Positions 9,516 through 18,300 of a stretch of 30,169 nt of DNA are shown here, piece after piece (the first letter of the stretch is position 1; each line of letters opens with the position of its first letter). The DNA comes from Pseudomonadota bacterium (lineage in GTDB: Bacteria > Myxococcota > JACRCW01 > JAFGSX01). The position numbers were made by a program, and so were the translations under genes. The notes below the pieces were generated by a model that saw only the letters and a list, made by a program, of their open reading frames with translations, was not told the DNA's origin and made no database searches. The stretch spans positions 1-30,169 of the forward strand of contig JBDRCO010000048.1 of NCBI GenBank assembly GCA_043821645.1, written 5' to 3'.

Positions 9516-11030
9516 ATGCGCTTGACCACCTGTCTTGCCATGACCCTGGTCGCGATCGTGGCCTGCACGCCGGACCACGCACTCAACAAGGATGTCGGGC
9601 ACGGCCACTATGACTCAGGGACGGTGGACGCGGCCGTCCTGGACACCTTCTCTGGCTTCGACACCACCACCGCGGACACTGCCAGCGGGACAGATGCCAG
9701 TCTGACCGGAGATGCAGCGGCATGCTCCCGCAGCTGTGGGCTGCACGAGCAATGCAACACCTCGAGCGGCGAGTGCGAGTGCGTCGACACCTTTCACCGC
9801 TGCAGCATGGCCTGCGTGGACAGTACCTCGACCGCGCACTGTGGCAGCTTTTGCGACCCCTGCCCGACGACGGCCAACGGCACGGCCAGCTGCGATGGCG
9901 TGGCCTGCAGCATCACCTGCGACCAGGATTATCTTTTCTGCGGCGCGCGCTGCGCGCTGTGTCCCACCGAGGGCGTGGCGACGACGACCTGCGCCAGCGG
10001 GAGCTGTGTGGTCGCGACCTGCCAGCAAGGCTACCAGCCCTGTGGGGATGGTTGCTGCAGCTTCAGCCTCGACATCGTCGAAGCGGGGGCGAAACCCCGC
10101 ATGGCCCTGGATGCCCTGGACCTCCCCTGGCTCGTGTATCTGCAAAATGCGACCACCCTGCGCCTGGCATCGCCCTCTTCCACGGGCTGGCAGACCGGGA
10201 CGGTTGTGCAGGACACAGCGGATGTCATCCAGTTCCCGGACATCGCCCTCGACGACACCGGCATCCCGCACGTGGTGTATGCGCTCAACCATACGTACGC
10301 GAGCAGCAGCGTCGTGCATGCGGTGCGGGAGACCAGTGGATGGGTCTTCGAGACCGTTGTGCAAGCTTCTGGCACTTTTCTGGACACGCACCTTGCCATC
10401 GACGGCGATGGGCTGGTGTCGGTGGTCTTCCACAATTGGGATGATGGAACACTGCTGCTGGCCTCGAACCCCGCCGGCCAGTGGAGTGTCGAGGAGGTGG
10501 CCCAGGGCTACCAGCTCGGTCGCTACTGCGACGTGGAACTCGACGACAGCGGAGCGCCACACCTGAGTTTCATGGCCAACAACGAGCTCCGCTACGCCTA
10601 CCACGACGTGGCCGGGTGGCAATTCCAGGTCGTCGCCGCGGAAGCGGGGACCCAGTACATCTCCGACACCACCTTGCGCTTCGGACCCCAGGGCCGACCG
10701 CGCATCGGGGCCTTCAGGAGTTCACCGCGCACCGTGCTGTACGCGGCCTACAATGGTTTGACCTGGGACGTGGAGGATGTGCAATCCAACCTGGGCACGT
10801 TTGCGGGTGGGGTGTCCATGGACCTGGCCGCCGACGGCATGTTGCACCTGAGCTACTACGCTTACGACGCCGGCGAGATCCGACACGCTTCGCGGAGCAG
10901 TTCCGGATGGGTGGTCGAGGTCGTGGACAGGACCCAAGCCGATGAGCACAGCCAGATCCTCGTCGATTCCGGGGGCGGCCTCCACATTGCCTACACCGAC
11001 GGCAGCGGCAAGGTGATCCACGCGCACTGA
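9516..11030 (+). CDS. Cys-rich lipoprotein with C-terminal beta-propeller-like repeats
   Basis: GAGGAG RBS, lipobox LVAIVAC, Asp/Thr/Ala linker and a Cys-rich stalk (HCGSFCDPC etc.). About 6-7 repeats of (I/L)A(L/I)DxxGxPH(L/V)x(Y/F)...W follow. Confidence 0.82.
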   Translation: MRLTTCLAMTLVAIVACTPDHALNKDVGHGHYDSGTVDAAVLDTFSGFDTTTADTASGTDASLTGDAAACSRSCGLHEQCNTSSGECECVDTFHRCSMACVDSTSTAHCGSFCDPCPTTANGTASCDGVACSITCDQDYLFCGARCALCPTEGVATTTCASGSCVVATCQQGYQPCGDGCCSFSLDIVEAGAKPRMALDALDLPWLVYLQNATTLRLASPSSTGWQTGTVVQDTADVIQFPDIALDDTGIPHVVYALNHTYASSSVVHAVRETSGWVFETVVQASGTFLDTHLAIDGDGLVSVVFHNWDDGTLLLASNPAGQWSVEEVAQGYQLGRYCDVELDDSGAPHLSFMANNELRYAYHDVAGWQFQVVAAEAGTQYISDTTLRFGPQGRPRIGAFRSSPRTVLYAAYNGLTWDVEDVQSNLGTFAGGVSMDLAADGMLHLSYYAYDAGEIRHASRSSSGWVVEVVDRTQADEHSQILVDSGGGLHIAYTDGSGKVIHAH

Positions 11031-11056
11031 CCCGCCGTCACTCCAGGACCTGGGAC

Positions 11057-11917
11057 TCAGTTGAAGCCGTAGTTGTAGGTCGGCCTGTCGCCCTGGCGGT
11101 CGACGATGGCCCAGTGCAGGACATCGGACAGCTCCGCGATGCGCAGGCAGAAGCACCAGGCTGTGTCCGGACGCTCACCGTTCTCCGGGGGATAGCCCCC
11201 GGTCGGGTTGCTCGGGTCCCAGGAGCCCTGGCGCACCAGCTCGAGCCTGGTGGTCGACCTGTTCATGACGTGGCGCACGGCCGCATCCAGGTCCGATGGA
11301 ACACCCGGCAGGGGCCCGGCGTCCTGGAGCAGCGCTCGGGGGCTCTCGACGTCAGAGCCGTCGCCAAGGAAGCTGGTGAGCGCTTCTCGCAGGGCCCGCT
11401 CGAAGTCCACGCTGCCACCACAGGTCGCCAGCTGCGCCTCGACCTCGGGCTGCGGGAAGTCGACGTGCAGATCCGTCAAGCCGAACTCGGCCAGCACACG
11501 CTGCGCGATCGCCGCCACGTCGGTTGCGCCTGCTGTGCCCGTCGTGACGACGGGAGGCACGGGGCTCGGCGTCCCCCCATCCGGTGACGGCGGCGGGGCT
11601 GGAGGCTGGGTTCCCGCGCCGGCCAGCCGCGTCTGCCAGCCCTTGAGCGCGGCCACCGAGGACAGGGTGTGCCGGAAGTGCTCGTCGGCGGCCGGCGTCC
11701 AGTGGAGCTGCTCGCGCAGCAAGCGCACCGTGCGCTTCTCGACCTCGGTGTACGCGTCCTTCTGGCCAGGTGCCACGTCCAGCACCTTCTCGAGCAAGCT
11801 CTCGGCGTCAGCCCGGCTGATCCGCCCGTCGCCCTGGCGCTCGACCGCCTTGAGCGCGGCCTCGTACAGCGCACGGTCATAGGTCTTTCCCTGGATGGTG
11901 ATGTGGTAGCTCGCCAT
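11057..11917 (-). CDS. Hypothetical two-domain protein (286 aa): N-terminal YDRAL/GDGRIS domain, Pro-rich linker, C-terminal YNYGFN domain
   Basis: ATG at 11917 after AGGTG. MASYHITIQGKTYDRALYEAA...QGDGRISRADAE...YTEVEKRT...WTPAADEHFR resembles a conserved uncharacterised bacterial domain recalled from memory. Confidence 0.75.
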   Translation of the reverse strand: MASYHITIQGKTYDRALYEAALKAVERQGDGRISRADAESLLEKVLDVAPGQKDAYTEVEKRTVRLLREQLHWTPAADEHFRHTLSSVAALKGWQTRLAGAGTQPPAPPPSPDGGTPSPVPPVVTTGTAGATDVAAIAQRVLAEFGLTDLHVDFPQPEVEAQLATCGGSVDFERALREALTSFLGDGSDVESPRALLQDAGPLPGVPSDLDAAVRHVMNRSTTRLELVRQGSWDPSNPTGGYPPENGERPDTAWCFCLRIAELSDVLHWAIVDRQGDRPTYNYGFN

Positions 11918-12120
11918 GGTGTCACCTGCAGGCAAATGGCCTGTCCTGGTCCAGACTATCCTGTGGTGGGAGAGATTGTTGCCCAGAGTGGTCGGACCTG
12001 GCAGATCCGCCAGCCGCAACAAGAGGGAGACCTCGGGGCGAGGGGGCAATGCTCCAACTGCCCTGAGAACCTGCGCAAAGCGACAGCCAAACTGCGCAGC
12101 TGAGTCCGGTCCGGGCGTCA

Positions 12121-12175
12121 CATGGATATTGCAACTAATCGTTATGTAAGATTTTTTCCGAAACACAGCAACATG
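12121..12175. promoter_or_regulatory. AT-rich patch in the divergent intergenic region, probable promoter region
   Basis: GATATTGCAACTAATCGTTATGTAAGATTTTTTCCGAAA stands out against the GC-rich background and lies between divergent genes. No exact sigma site assigned. Confidence 0.4.
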
Positions 12176-12233
12176 ACCCGCTGGCCCATCCTGTGCAGTT
12201 CACCCACCTGCCACAGCAGCGGAGGTCGACCCA

Positions 12234-13226
12234 ATGACAGGACGAAGCGCACTGGCCATGACGATGGGGATCGGGTTTGTGCTTGCCACTCTTCACCCGG
12301 CCGTCGCCGCGCAGCCCGAACCAGCAGGGGTAGAGGTGAATCTGGGCCAGGTCTGCCGAGGCCTGCTGGCGCGGGGTAGCGCCGAGGTGATGCTGCGGCA
12401 GGTGCGCACCCCCGCCGAGCGCCGCATCCGCTCGGGGCGCCCGGCCACCGAGTTATGGATGAGCCTGGCCCCGGTCGAGGGCGAGGGGCGCCTGCACCGC
12501 CTCGAGGTGGTGCTGCATCCACGCCGCGAGGGGCGCATAGGCCGGACCCTGACACTCCCCGGGTCGAAGAGCGAACAGGACCCCCAGGTCACCGTGCGCG
12601 CGCAGGTCGTGGATTGCGGGGTCGAGGCCAACACCACCCAGGAACTGGCGCTGTTTCTGGATGCACCGCGCAGTACAGGTCGACAGGACGGATCACGTCG
12701 GGAGGCCGAAGCTGGCGCCGACACCCTGGACCGGGACCCAGGATCTGGTCCCACCCTGCCTGGGTATCTCTTCGATCGCCGGCGCGCCGTCGAACAGCGA
12801 CGCCGCTGGTGCGAGCAGCGTCGCGACCCATACGACACGCTGTACCTGGGCTCGGGCTTTGCCGCCCTGCCCTGGCTGTCGCAGCCCGGCTGGGTCTATG
12901 TGTCGACTCAGTTCGACCAGAGCGCCCCGGTGGGCTTGCAGCCGGCCGTGTGGACCCGCGCAGGCTCCCTGCCCAGCCACCTGTGGCCGCGCTACCAGAT
13001 GCCCGAGTGGGTCGCGATGCAGAGCATCCACGCCGAGGACCTGCCACGCATGCGCAGCATGGGCCCCTACACCGTGGGCGACTGTCGGCCCGCGATTCGC
13101 GACGACCATTACAGGTGGGCCGAGGCCCAACCCGAGCCTGCTGGCGGCGAAACTGGCGGTGGCGACGGGTCCGGCGGTGGAAGCGGAGCGCCTGCGGCAG
13201 GGAGCGCGGCAGCGGATCCCCGCTAG
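12234..13226 (+). CDS. Hypothetical secreted protein (330 aa)
   Basis: GGAGG RBS, Sec-type signal peptide ending PAVA-AQ, Gly/Ser/Ala-rich C-terminal tail. Confidence 0.7.
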   Translation: MTGRSALAMTMGIGFVLATLHPAVAAQPEPAGVEVNLGQVCRGLLARGSAEVMLRQVRTPAERRIRSGRPATELWMSLAPVEGEGRLHRLEVVLHPRREGRIGRTLTLPGSKSEQDPQVTVRAQVVDCGVEANTTQELALFLDAPRSTGRQDGSRREAEAGADTLDRDPGSGPTLPGYLFDRRRAVEQRRRWCEQRRDPYDTLYLGSGFAALPWLSQPGWVYVSTQFDQSAPVGLQPAVWTRAGSLPSHLWPRYQMPEWVAMQSIHAEDLPRMRSMGPYTVGDCRPAIRDDHYRWAEAQPEPAGGETGGGDGSGGGSGAPAAGSAAADPR

Positions 13227-13260
13227 CGCGAGGGCCCGGTCAGAGAAGGTCGGCGAAGGC

Positions 13261-13962
13261 TCAGTTGAAGATCATGTCGCCGGCGAACATGCGGGGCTGC
13301 GGCTCCACGTGCTCGAAGATCTTGGTGGTGCGCACCTTGCCGGTCTTGACGTCGATGACGTCGATGTGCACCGCGATGCGCAGGCCGTCGGTGATCTGCG
13401 GCTGGGCGTCGGCGCACAGGCCCACGAAGCCGGCGGCGATCATGCGGATACCCAGCATGACCAGGCCCGGGCTGCGGTAGTTCAGGCGCATGACCCGGTA
13501 CGACAGGATGACGTCGGCAGGCTGGATGCGGCCGGTGGCGGCGAGGCTGGGATCGCGGGCGTCCAGCTTGCCGCTTTCGGTGTACTCCAGGTACATCGCG
13601 CGCATCAGGTCCTCGTCGCGCTCGACCACGTCGCTGATGCCCTCGGAGCGCAGGCCGTCGACCATGGCATCGTAGGTGATGGCGTCCAGGGCGCCGTCGC
13701 CGTTGCTGGCGTTGTTCTTGTTGACCACCCACACCCGCTCCTCGGGGGCAATCTGCAGGTCCTTGAGCGCACCCTTCTTGAAGGCCTCGCGCAGGCCGCG
13801 GGCGTACAGGAACTTGCCCTCCTCGGTGGGCAGGAGCATGGGGTCGCCGCCACCGGTGATCATGGCGAGCGGGTCACCCAGATCCGGCAGCGGGAGGCAG
13901 CCGCCCAGACCGGCAGCGAGGCCCAGCACGAGAGCGGTCGAGAGGATGGTTCGGGTGGTCAT
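13261..13962 (-). CDS. Lipoprotein with CsgG/HfaB/TolB_N-like alpha/beta domain
   Basis: AGGAG RBS and lipobox LAAGLGGC. DVVERDEDLMRAMYLEYTESG...ATGRIQPADVILSYRV and VHIDVIDVKTGKV match the CsgG-like pattern. Confidence 0.72.
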   Translation of the reverse strand: MTTRTILSTALVLGLAAGLGGCLPLPDLGDPLAMITGGGDPMLLPTEEGKFLYARGLREAFKKGALKDLQIAPEERVWVVNKNNASNGDGALDAITYDAMVDGLRSEGISDVVERDEDLMRAMYLEYTESGKLDARDPSLAATGRIQPADVILSYRVMRLNYRSPGLVMLGIRMIAAGFVGLCADAQPQITDGLRIAVHIDVIDVKTGKVRTTKIFEHVEPQPRMFAGDMIFN

Positions 13963-14012
13963 GGCCGTTGTGCTCCTGTCGCGATGCGCGTTTCTCGTCG
14001 AGGGGTTCGAAA

Positions 14013-14816
14013 TCACTTGATCAGGTTGCTGACCCACTGGGTCCACTGATCGATGCTGAAAAAGCTGCTCCCCGGATCCAGGTTGAGCGGCATGGCACCG
14101 CACTTGGCATCCTGGATCAGCCGGGCCGGGTACTGGTTGTTGCCATCCTTGCGCTCGATGTCGAGGGCGCGGAAGGTATTGACGGTCTGGTTGCCCTGGC
14201 AGCTCAGGGTGACGTCGACATCCAGCCTGTACACGTCCTCGCCCAGGGGCTGCACGCGGTGCACCTGCACGGCCACGTCGTCGATGCGCGGGGTCTTCAG
14301 CAGCAGATTGCGCAGGTGCTCGGGGCGCTTGTCCGGACGCTCGCCGAAAGCGCGATCGATCTCGCGGGCTTCCATGGCGCCATGACCCCGAGACCGCGCG
14401 TCCACTGCATCCAGTCGCCCTACCAGGCGGTCCTTGACCGGCTGCCGCAGGTGATCCCAGTTCTGGCTGTGCTCGGGCACCGGGTCGTCGTGCACCGCTT
14501 TCCACGCCGTGGGACGCGCCAGCAGAGGCAGGTAGATGCGCACCAGCTCCTGGCGGAAGCGCGCGTTCAGGTCGCGCTCCATCTGGTCCGTGAGCATGGG
14601 TGGATAGCCCTCTTCCTGAACCGGCGCTTGTGCCGCGGCGGGCCGGGGCGTCGGCGCAGGCGTCGGCAGCAAGGAACCCTCTCCCGCAGCCGGAGGCGTC
14701 GGGTTCTTGACCGCGGCGGCTAGGCGGCGGTCGCGGGGCGCGGCGCTGGCGTCGGAGGCCAGCAGCCCGGCCACGCAGGCCGAGGCGAGCAAGAGAGCAG
14801 CCGGCTTGAACTTCAT
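14013..14816 (-). CDS. Hypothetical secreted protein (267 aa)
   Basis: Signal peptide MKFKPAALLLASACVAGLLASDASA, Pro-rich linker, globular domain with two Cys. Co-oriented with the downstream lipoprotein gene, 50 nt gap. Confidence 0.72.
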   Translation of the reverse strand: MKFKPAALLLASACVAGLLASDASAAPRDRRLAAAVKNPTPPAAGEGSLLPTPAPTPRPAAAQAPVQEEGYPPMLTDQMERDLNARFRQELVRIYLPLLARPTAWKAVHDDPVPEHSQNWDHLRQPVKDRLVGRLDAVDARSRGHGAMEAREIDRAFGERPDKRPEHLRNLLLKTPRIDDVAVQVHRVQPLGEDVYRLDVDVTLSCQGNQTVNTFRALDIERKDGNNQYPARLIQDAKCGAMPLNLDPGSSFFSIDQWTQWVSNLIK

Positions 14817-14906
14817 GGTCGCACCCATCACCCTCGGTTGGAGCGCCACCCGCCGATCATCACGATCGCCAAAGCCACGCTGTCCTGTGGATGTCGGTGG
14901 CGGACG

Positions 14907-15125
14907 CTAGTCGCATCCGGAGACGGGTGAAAGCGAAAAAAAATCTGCCCTGGGGCCGGAGGTGATCAGAACGAGGCGTCGAACGCGCCGGCCGTCACCC
15001 AAGATGGTGGTGTCGTGGCTCATGCGCGTTCCTGTGGAGCTGAAGCTGCCAAAGGTCTTGGGGTCGTCTCGCTGGGTGAAGACAAGCCGTGAAAGGGACG
15101 AGCCGAACAGGCGCACGCGTGACAT
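14907..15125 (-). CDS. Possible small protein (72 aa)
   Basis: GGAGG lies 5 nt before the ATG and the ORF fills otherwise empty space upstream of the co-oriented secreted-protein gene. No recognisable motif. Confidence 0.3.
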   Translation of the reverse strand: MSRVRLFGSSLSRLVFTQRDDPKTFGSFSSTGTRMSHDTTILGDGRRVRRLVLITSGPRADFFSLSPVSGCD

Positions 15126-15344
15126 GAACGCCTCCGATAGTGGTGAGGCGCTGGGACCTCAGCGCAGCCGAGCGGGCCGCCAGGGCACATCCCGAGCTGT
15201 AGACCAAGGCGGGACGCACGCTGGCCAGAATTTCCCTTTAGTATCGAAAGGTTCTCACTGCATGCCAGGAGCGGCAGGCCTGCGTCCAGGCCCCCCGCCA
15301 AAGTAGCATCCATTGGAATACATGGAACAAGCCGTGGTAAACCA

Positions 15345-15363
15345 GCGGGCGCAAGCCCGTTTT
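15345..15363 (+). terminator. Terminator-like hairpin in the leader of the dikinase gene
   Basis: GCGGGC-GCAA-GCCCGT followed by TTT: 6-bp stem, GNRA tetraloop, short U tract, ending just before the AAGGA RBS. Confidence 0.4.
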
Positions 15364-15379
15364 CAAGGATTTGGTGCCC

Positions 15380-18300
15380 ATGACAACGATCAACACCACT
15401 CGTCCTGGCACGAACGTTCCACCCATCACAACGACCACGACACCGGTCGACGACGCGCCCAAGGAACTCGGGGTCAAGGCGCCGGAGAGCCCGGACGCGC
15501 TCAAGCGCGACGAGGTCGGGCGGGCGGCGGCCAAGAAGCTCATCGACGTGGTCAGCGCCAACAAGGACGTCGCAGGCACGGGTCAAGAGAGCGCGGCCAG
15601 GGGCGACCCCCGGGTCACCGAGCGGCGCGGCGCCCTGTCCACCCTCATCGCCGAGAAGAGCGGCCGCGGGCCCGTGTTCATGGGCATGCTCGACGCCCTG
15701 GGCAGCAACGTGGCCAACGACGTCAAGTGGTTGATGTCGGCGGACCGCGCCGACTACAAGCTGGATGGCGACAGCAAGCAGTTCGACTGGGCCAAGAGCG
15801 ACATGAGCGGCCCATCGGCCATCAAGAAGGAGTTCGACAAGCGGGTCAAGAAGGGCCAGGAGCGCGCCAAGGGTATCGACGACCAGAGCAAGAGCTTCCT
15901 CGACGTCAGCGACTCCTCGGTCATCGGCCTGAGCTTCATCCAGGACCCCAAGCTGCGCGCCGAGTCCATGATGGACACCCTGCTGCAGTTCAGGGCCCGC
16001 ACCGACAAGGCCAACCAGGCCGAGGTCACCAGCGGTGACAACGCCACCCGCATGGACCAGATCGCACCGGCCCTGGTGGCCGAGCAGCGCATCCTGCTGG
16101 CCTCGGCCGACCTCGCCGTCGACGACCCGGTCAAGATGCGCGAGTTCGCGCTGCTGCGCGAGGTCATCGCTTCGCACCCGACCTCGTCGGTGAACGGCAT
16201 CTTCGACGCCCGCAATGCGGTCGGCAAGCTGTTCATGGACGGCAACGACAACTACTCGAGCACCACCCACGACATGGCGTGGATCAAGGAAGAAAAGGCG
16301 CCCGGCGCCACGGCCTCGGCCTACAAGGCCATCCACCACAACTTTTCCCGCGACACCCCGAACAACATCGCCTGCACCATCAAGGAGTGGGTGTTCCCGG
16401 TGGGGCCCGCCGAGCACCGCGAGAAGCTATTCCTGACCCTGTGCGACGCCGTGACCCAGGCCCGCGCCGGTCAGGGTGACGCCGTCAAGAAGCAGCTGCT
16501 GGCCCTGGGTGCGCCGACGAAGGACACGCTCCAACCGCTGCTCGACAAGCTGGCCTCGGCCAGTGGCACGGGCGTGGCCGACGCCATCGCCACCTTCATG
16601 GTCGAGAACGCCCAGAAGCCCCTGTGCGCCAGCCCGCGCAAGGCCCTGGATCAGATGGCCAAGAAGGCTGCGGACCTGGCCTCGGGCATGTACCACTACG
16701 ACAAGCCAGGCGAGTACAAGAAGATCCGCGAGGCGATCGCTGGTTACGGCGAGCCGCTGGCGACGCAACTCAAGGGCCTCAAGGACGCCATCAAGGACCT
16801 CCCCGACGAGAAGATCGGCGAGGCCATGCAGAAGTGGCTCAAGGACAACGAGAGCCTGACCCTGGTCGGCAACGTCGAGGGCAACCTGGCCATGTTCGCG
16901 CGCCTGTACCGCGCGGTGTGCGCCGACCAGCCCAACGTCGACACCCTCGAGAAGAACATCTTCAAGGCCGGCGACGCCTGGCCCGAGGTGGCCGACGTCA
17001 TCGCGCGCCTGCGCGCGGGCAATGACCTGGGCGCGCTCAAGGAACTGGGCGAGGCCCGGCTGGCCCTGCGCGACGCCGTGGTCAATGCCAAGACCGGCTT
17101 CGAGCGCCACGAGCTGATCAAGTTCGACGCCCAGCTGTCGCGCCTGACCTGCACCGAGCTCGGAGCCGCCGTCGACCGGGTGGCCGACCTCAAGACCGAC
17201 GGCCAGAAGAGCGAGGCCCTGCTCGGGGTGCAGACGGCCCTGCGCGCCGCCATCGCCAGCGGCCTGCACACCATCAAGTCCGACGACGACACCGGGGCCC
17301 GGCGCAGCACGCCCCTGGACCAGGTGCTGACCCAGGTCGACGCGGCCATCGCCTCGGGCAAGGTCAACGAGGACCAGTACCGCGAGCTCATGTGCGCCGT
17401 GTACAAGTCCACCGCCAGCACCATCCAGAACATGCGCGCCTTCGCCGATCTGCGGGCCGCCGACGTGGCCTCGGGCGGCGTGCAGCTCGACCCGATGTTC
17501 ATGGACCAGTTCGTCAAGCAGAGCCCCCTGCACTACGCCAGCGCCCTGGCCCAGAAGGGCATGCGCGTGGGCCTGCGCGAGAAGATCACGCCGCGCAGCA
17601 TCGAGAACGTCGAGGGCATGCGCGTGCTCAACAGCGTCGGCCCGGTGGTCTTCACCAGCGTGGTCACCGCCGAGAACTCGAAGCAGCTGGCCGAGATGGG
17701 CACCAGCAAGGACCAGCTCGCCGTCCTGTACAAGCTCGAGGAGAAAAAGATGGTCGCCGTGGGCGGCCTGTTCGTCGACACCGAGAACGCGCCTGGCGGC
17801 ACCAGCCACCTGAACATGGACGCCATGAACAACGGCATCCCGGTGGTGGCGCTGCCCGAGCTGCGCACCAAGTACGCCGAGTTCTTCCAAAACGCCGAGC
17901 GCGAGGGCGGCGTGTACATCGACGACCACGCGGGTGGCTTCCGCATGCTCACCGTCGACAAGGCCATCGAGGAGGGCCTGATCCCGGGCGGCGTGGCCGG
18001 TGACCCGGTGGCCAGCAAGGCCGCCATCGACAACCTGCGGCCCGGCGTCAACCGCAAGATCACCTTCCTCAAGCCCACCGACGACGGCAAGGCCTGGGAC
18101 GTGATGGCCAGGCACGACGCCATCATCAACGACGACCGCGTCACCCGCGTCATCGAGATCTACTCGCCTCAGGAGGAGGTCGCAGGCATAGGCCGCGGCT
18201 GCCCGACCTGGGCCGAGCTGGCCAAGCTGGGCACTCACGCCCGCCACCTGGCCGGCGAGAAGGGCACGGTGTTGGCCCTGCTCAGTGCGCATCCGGTGCT

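Noticed and set aside
15133-15142. Sigma-28-like -10 element (CCGATAG)
   Set aside because: No matching TAAA -35 at the right spacing, ~240 nt from the dikinase start, and it overlaps the minus-strand GGAGG RBS.
15075-15230. c-di-GMP-I riboswitch (GAAAGGGACG and GGGACGCA fragments)
   Set aside because: I cannot build the paired P2 stem or the GCAAA/receptor context; only an Infernal search could rescue it.
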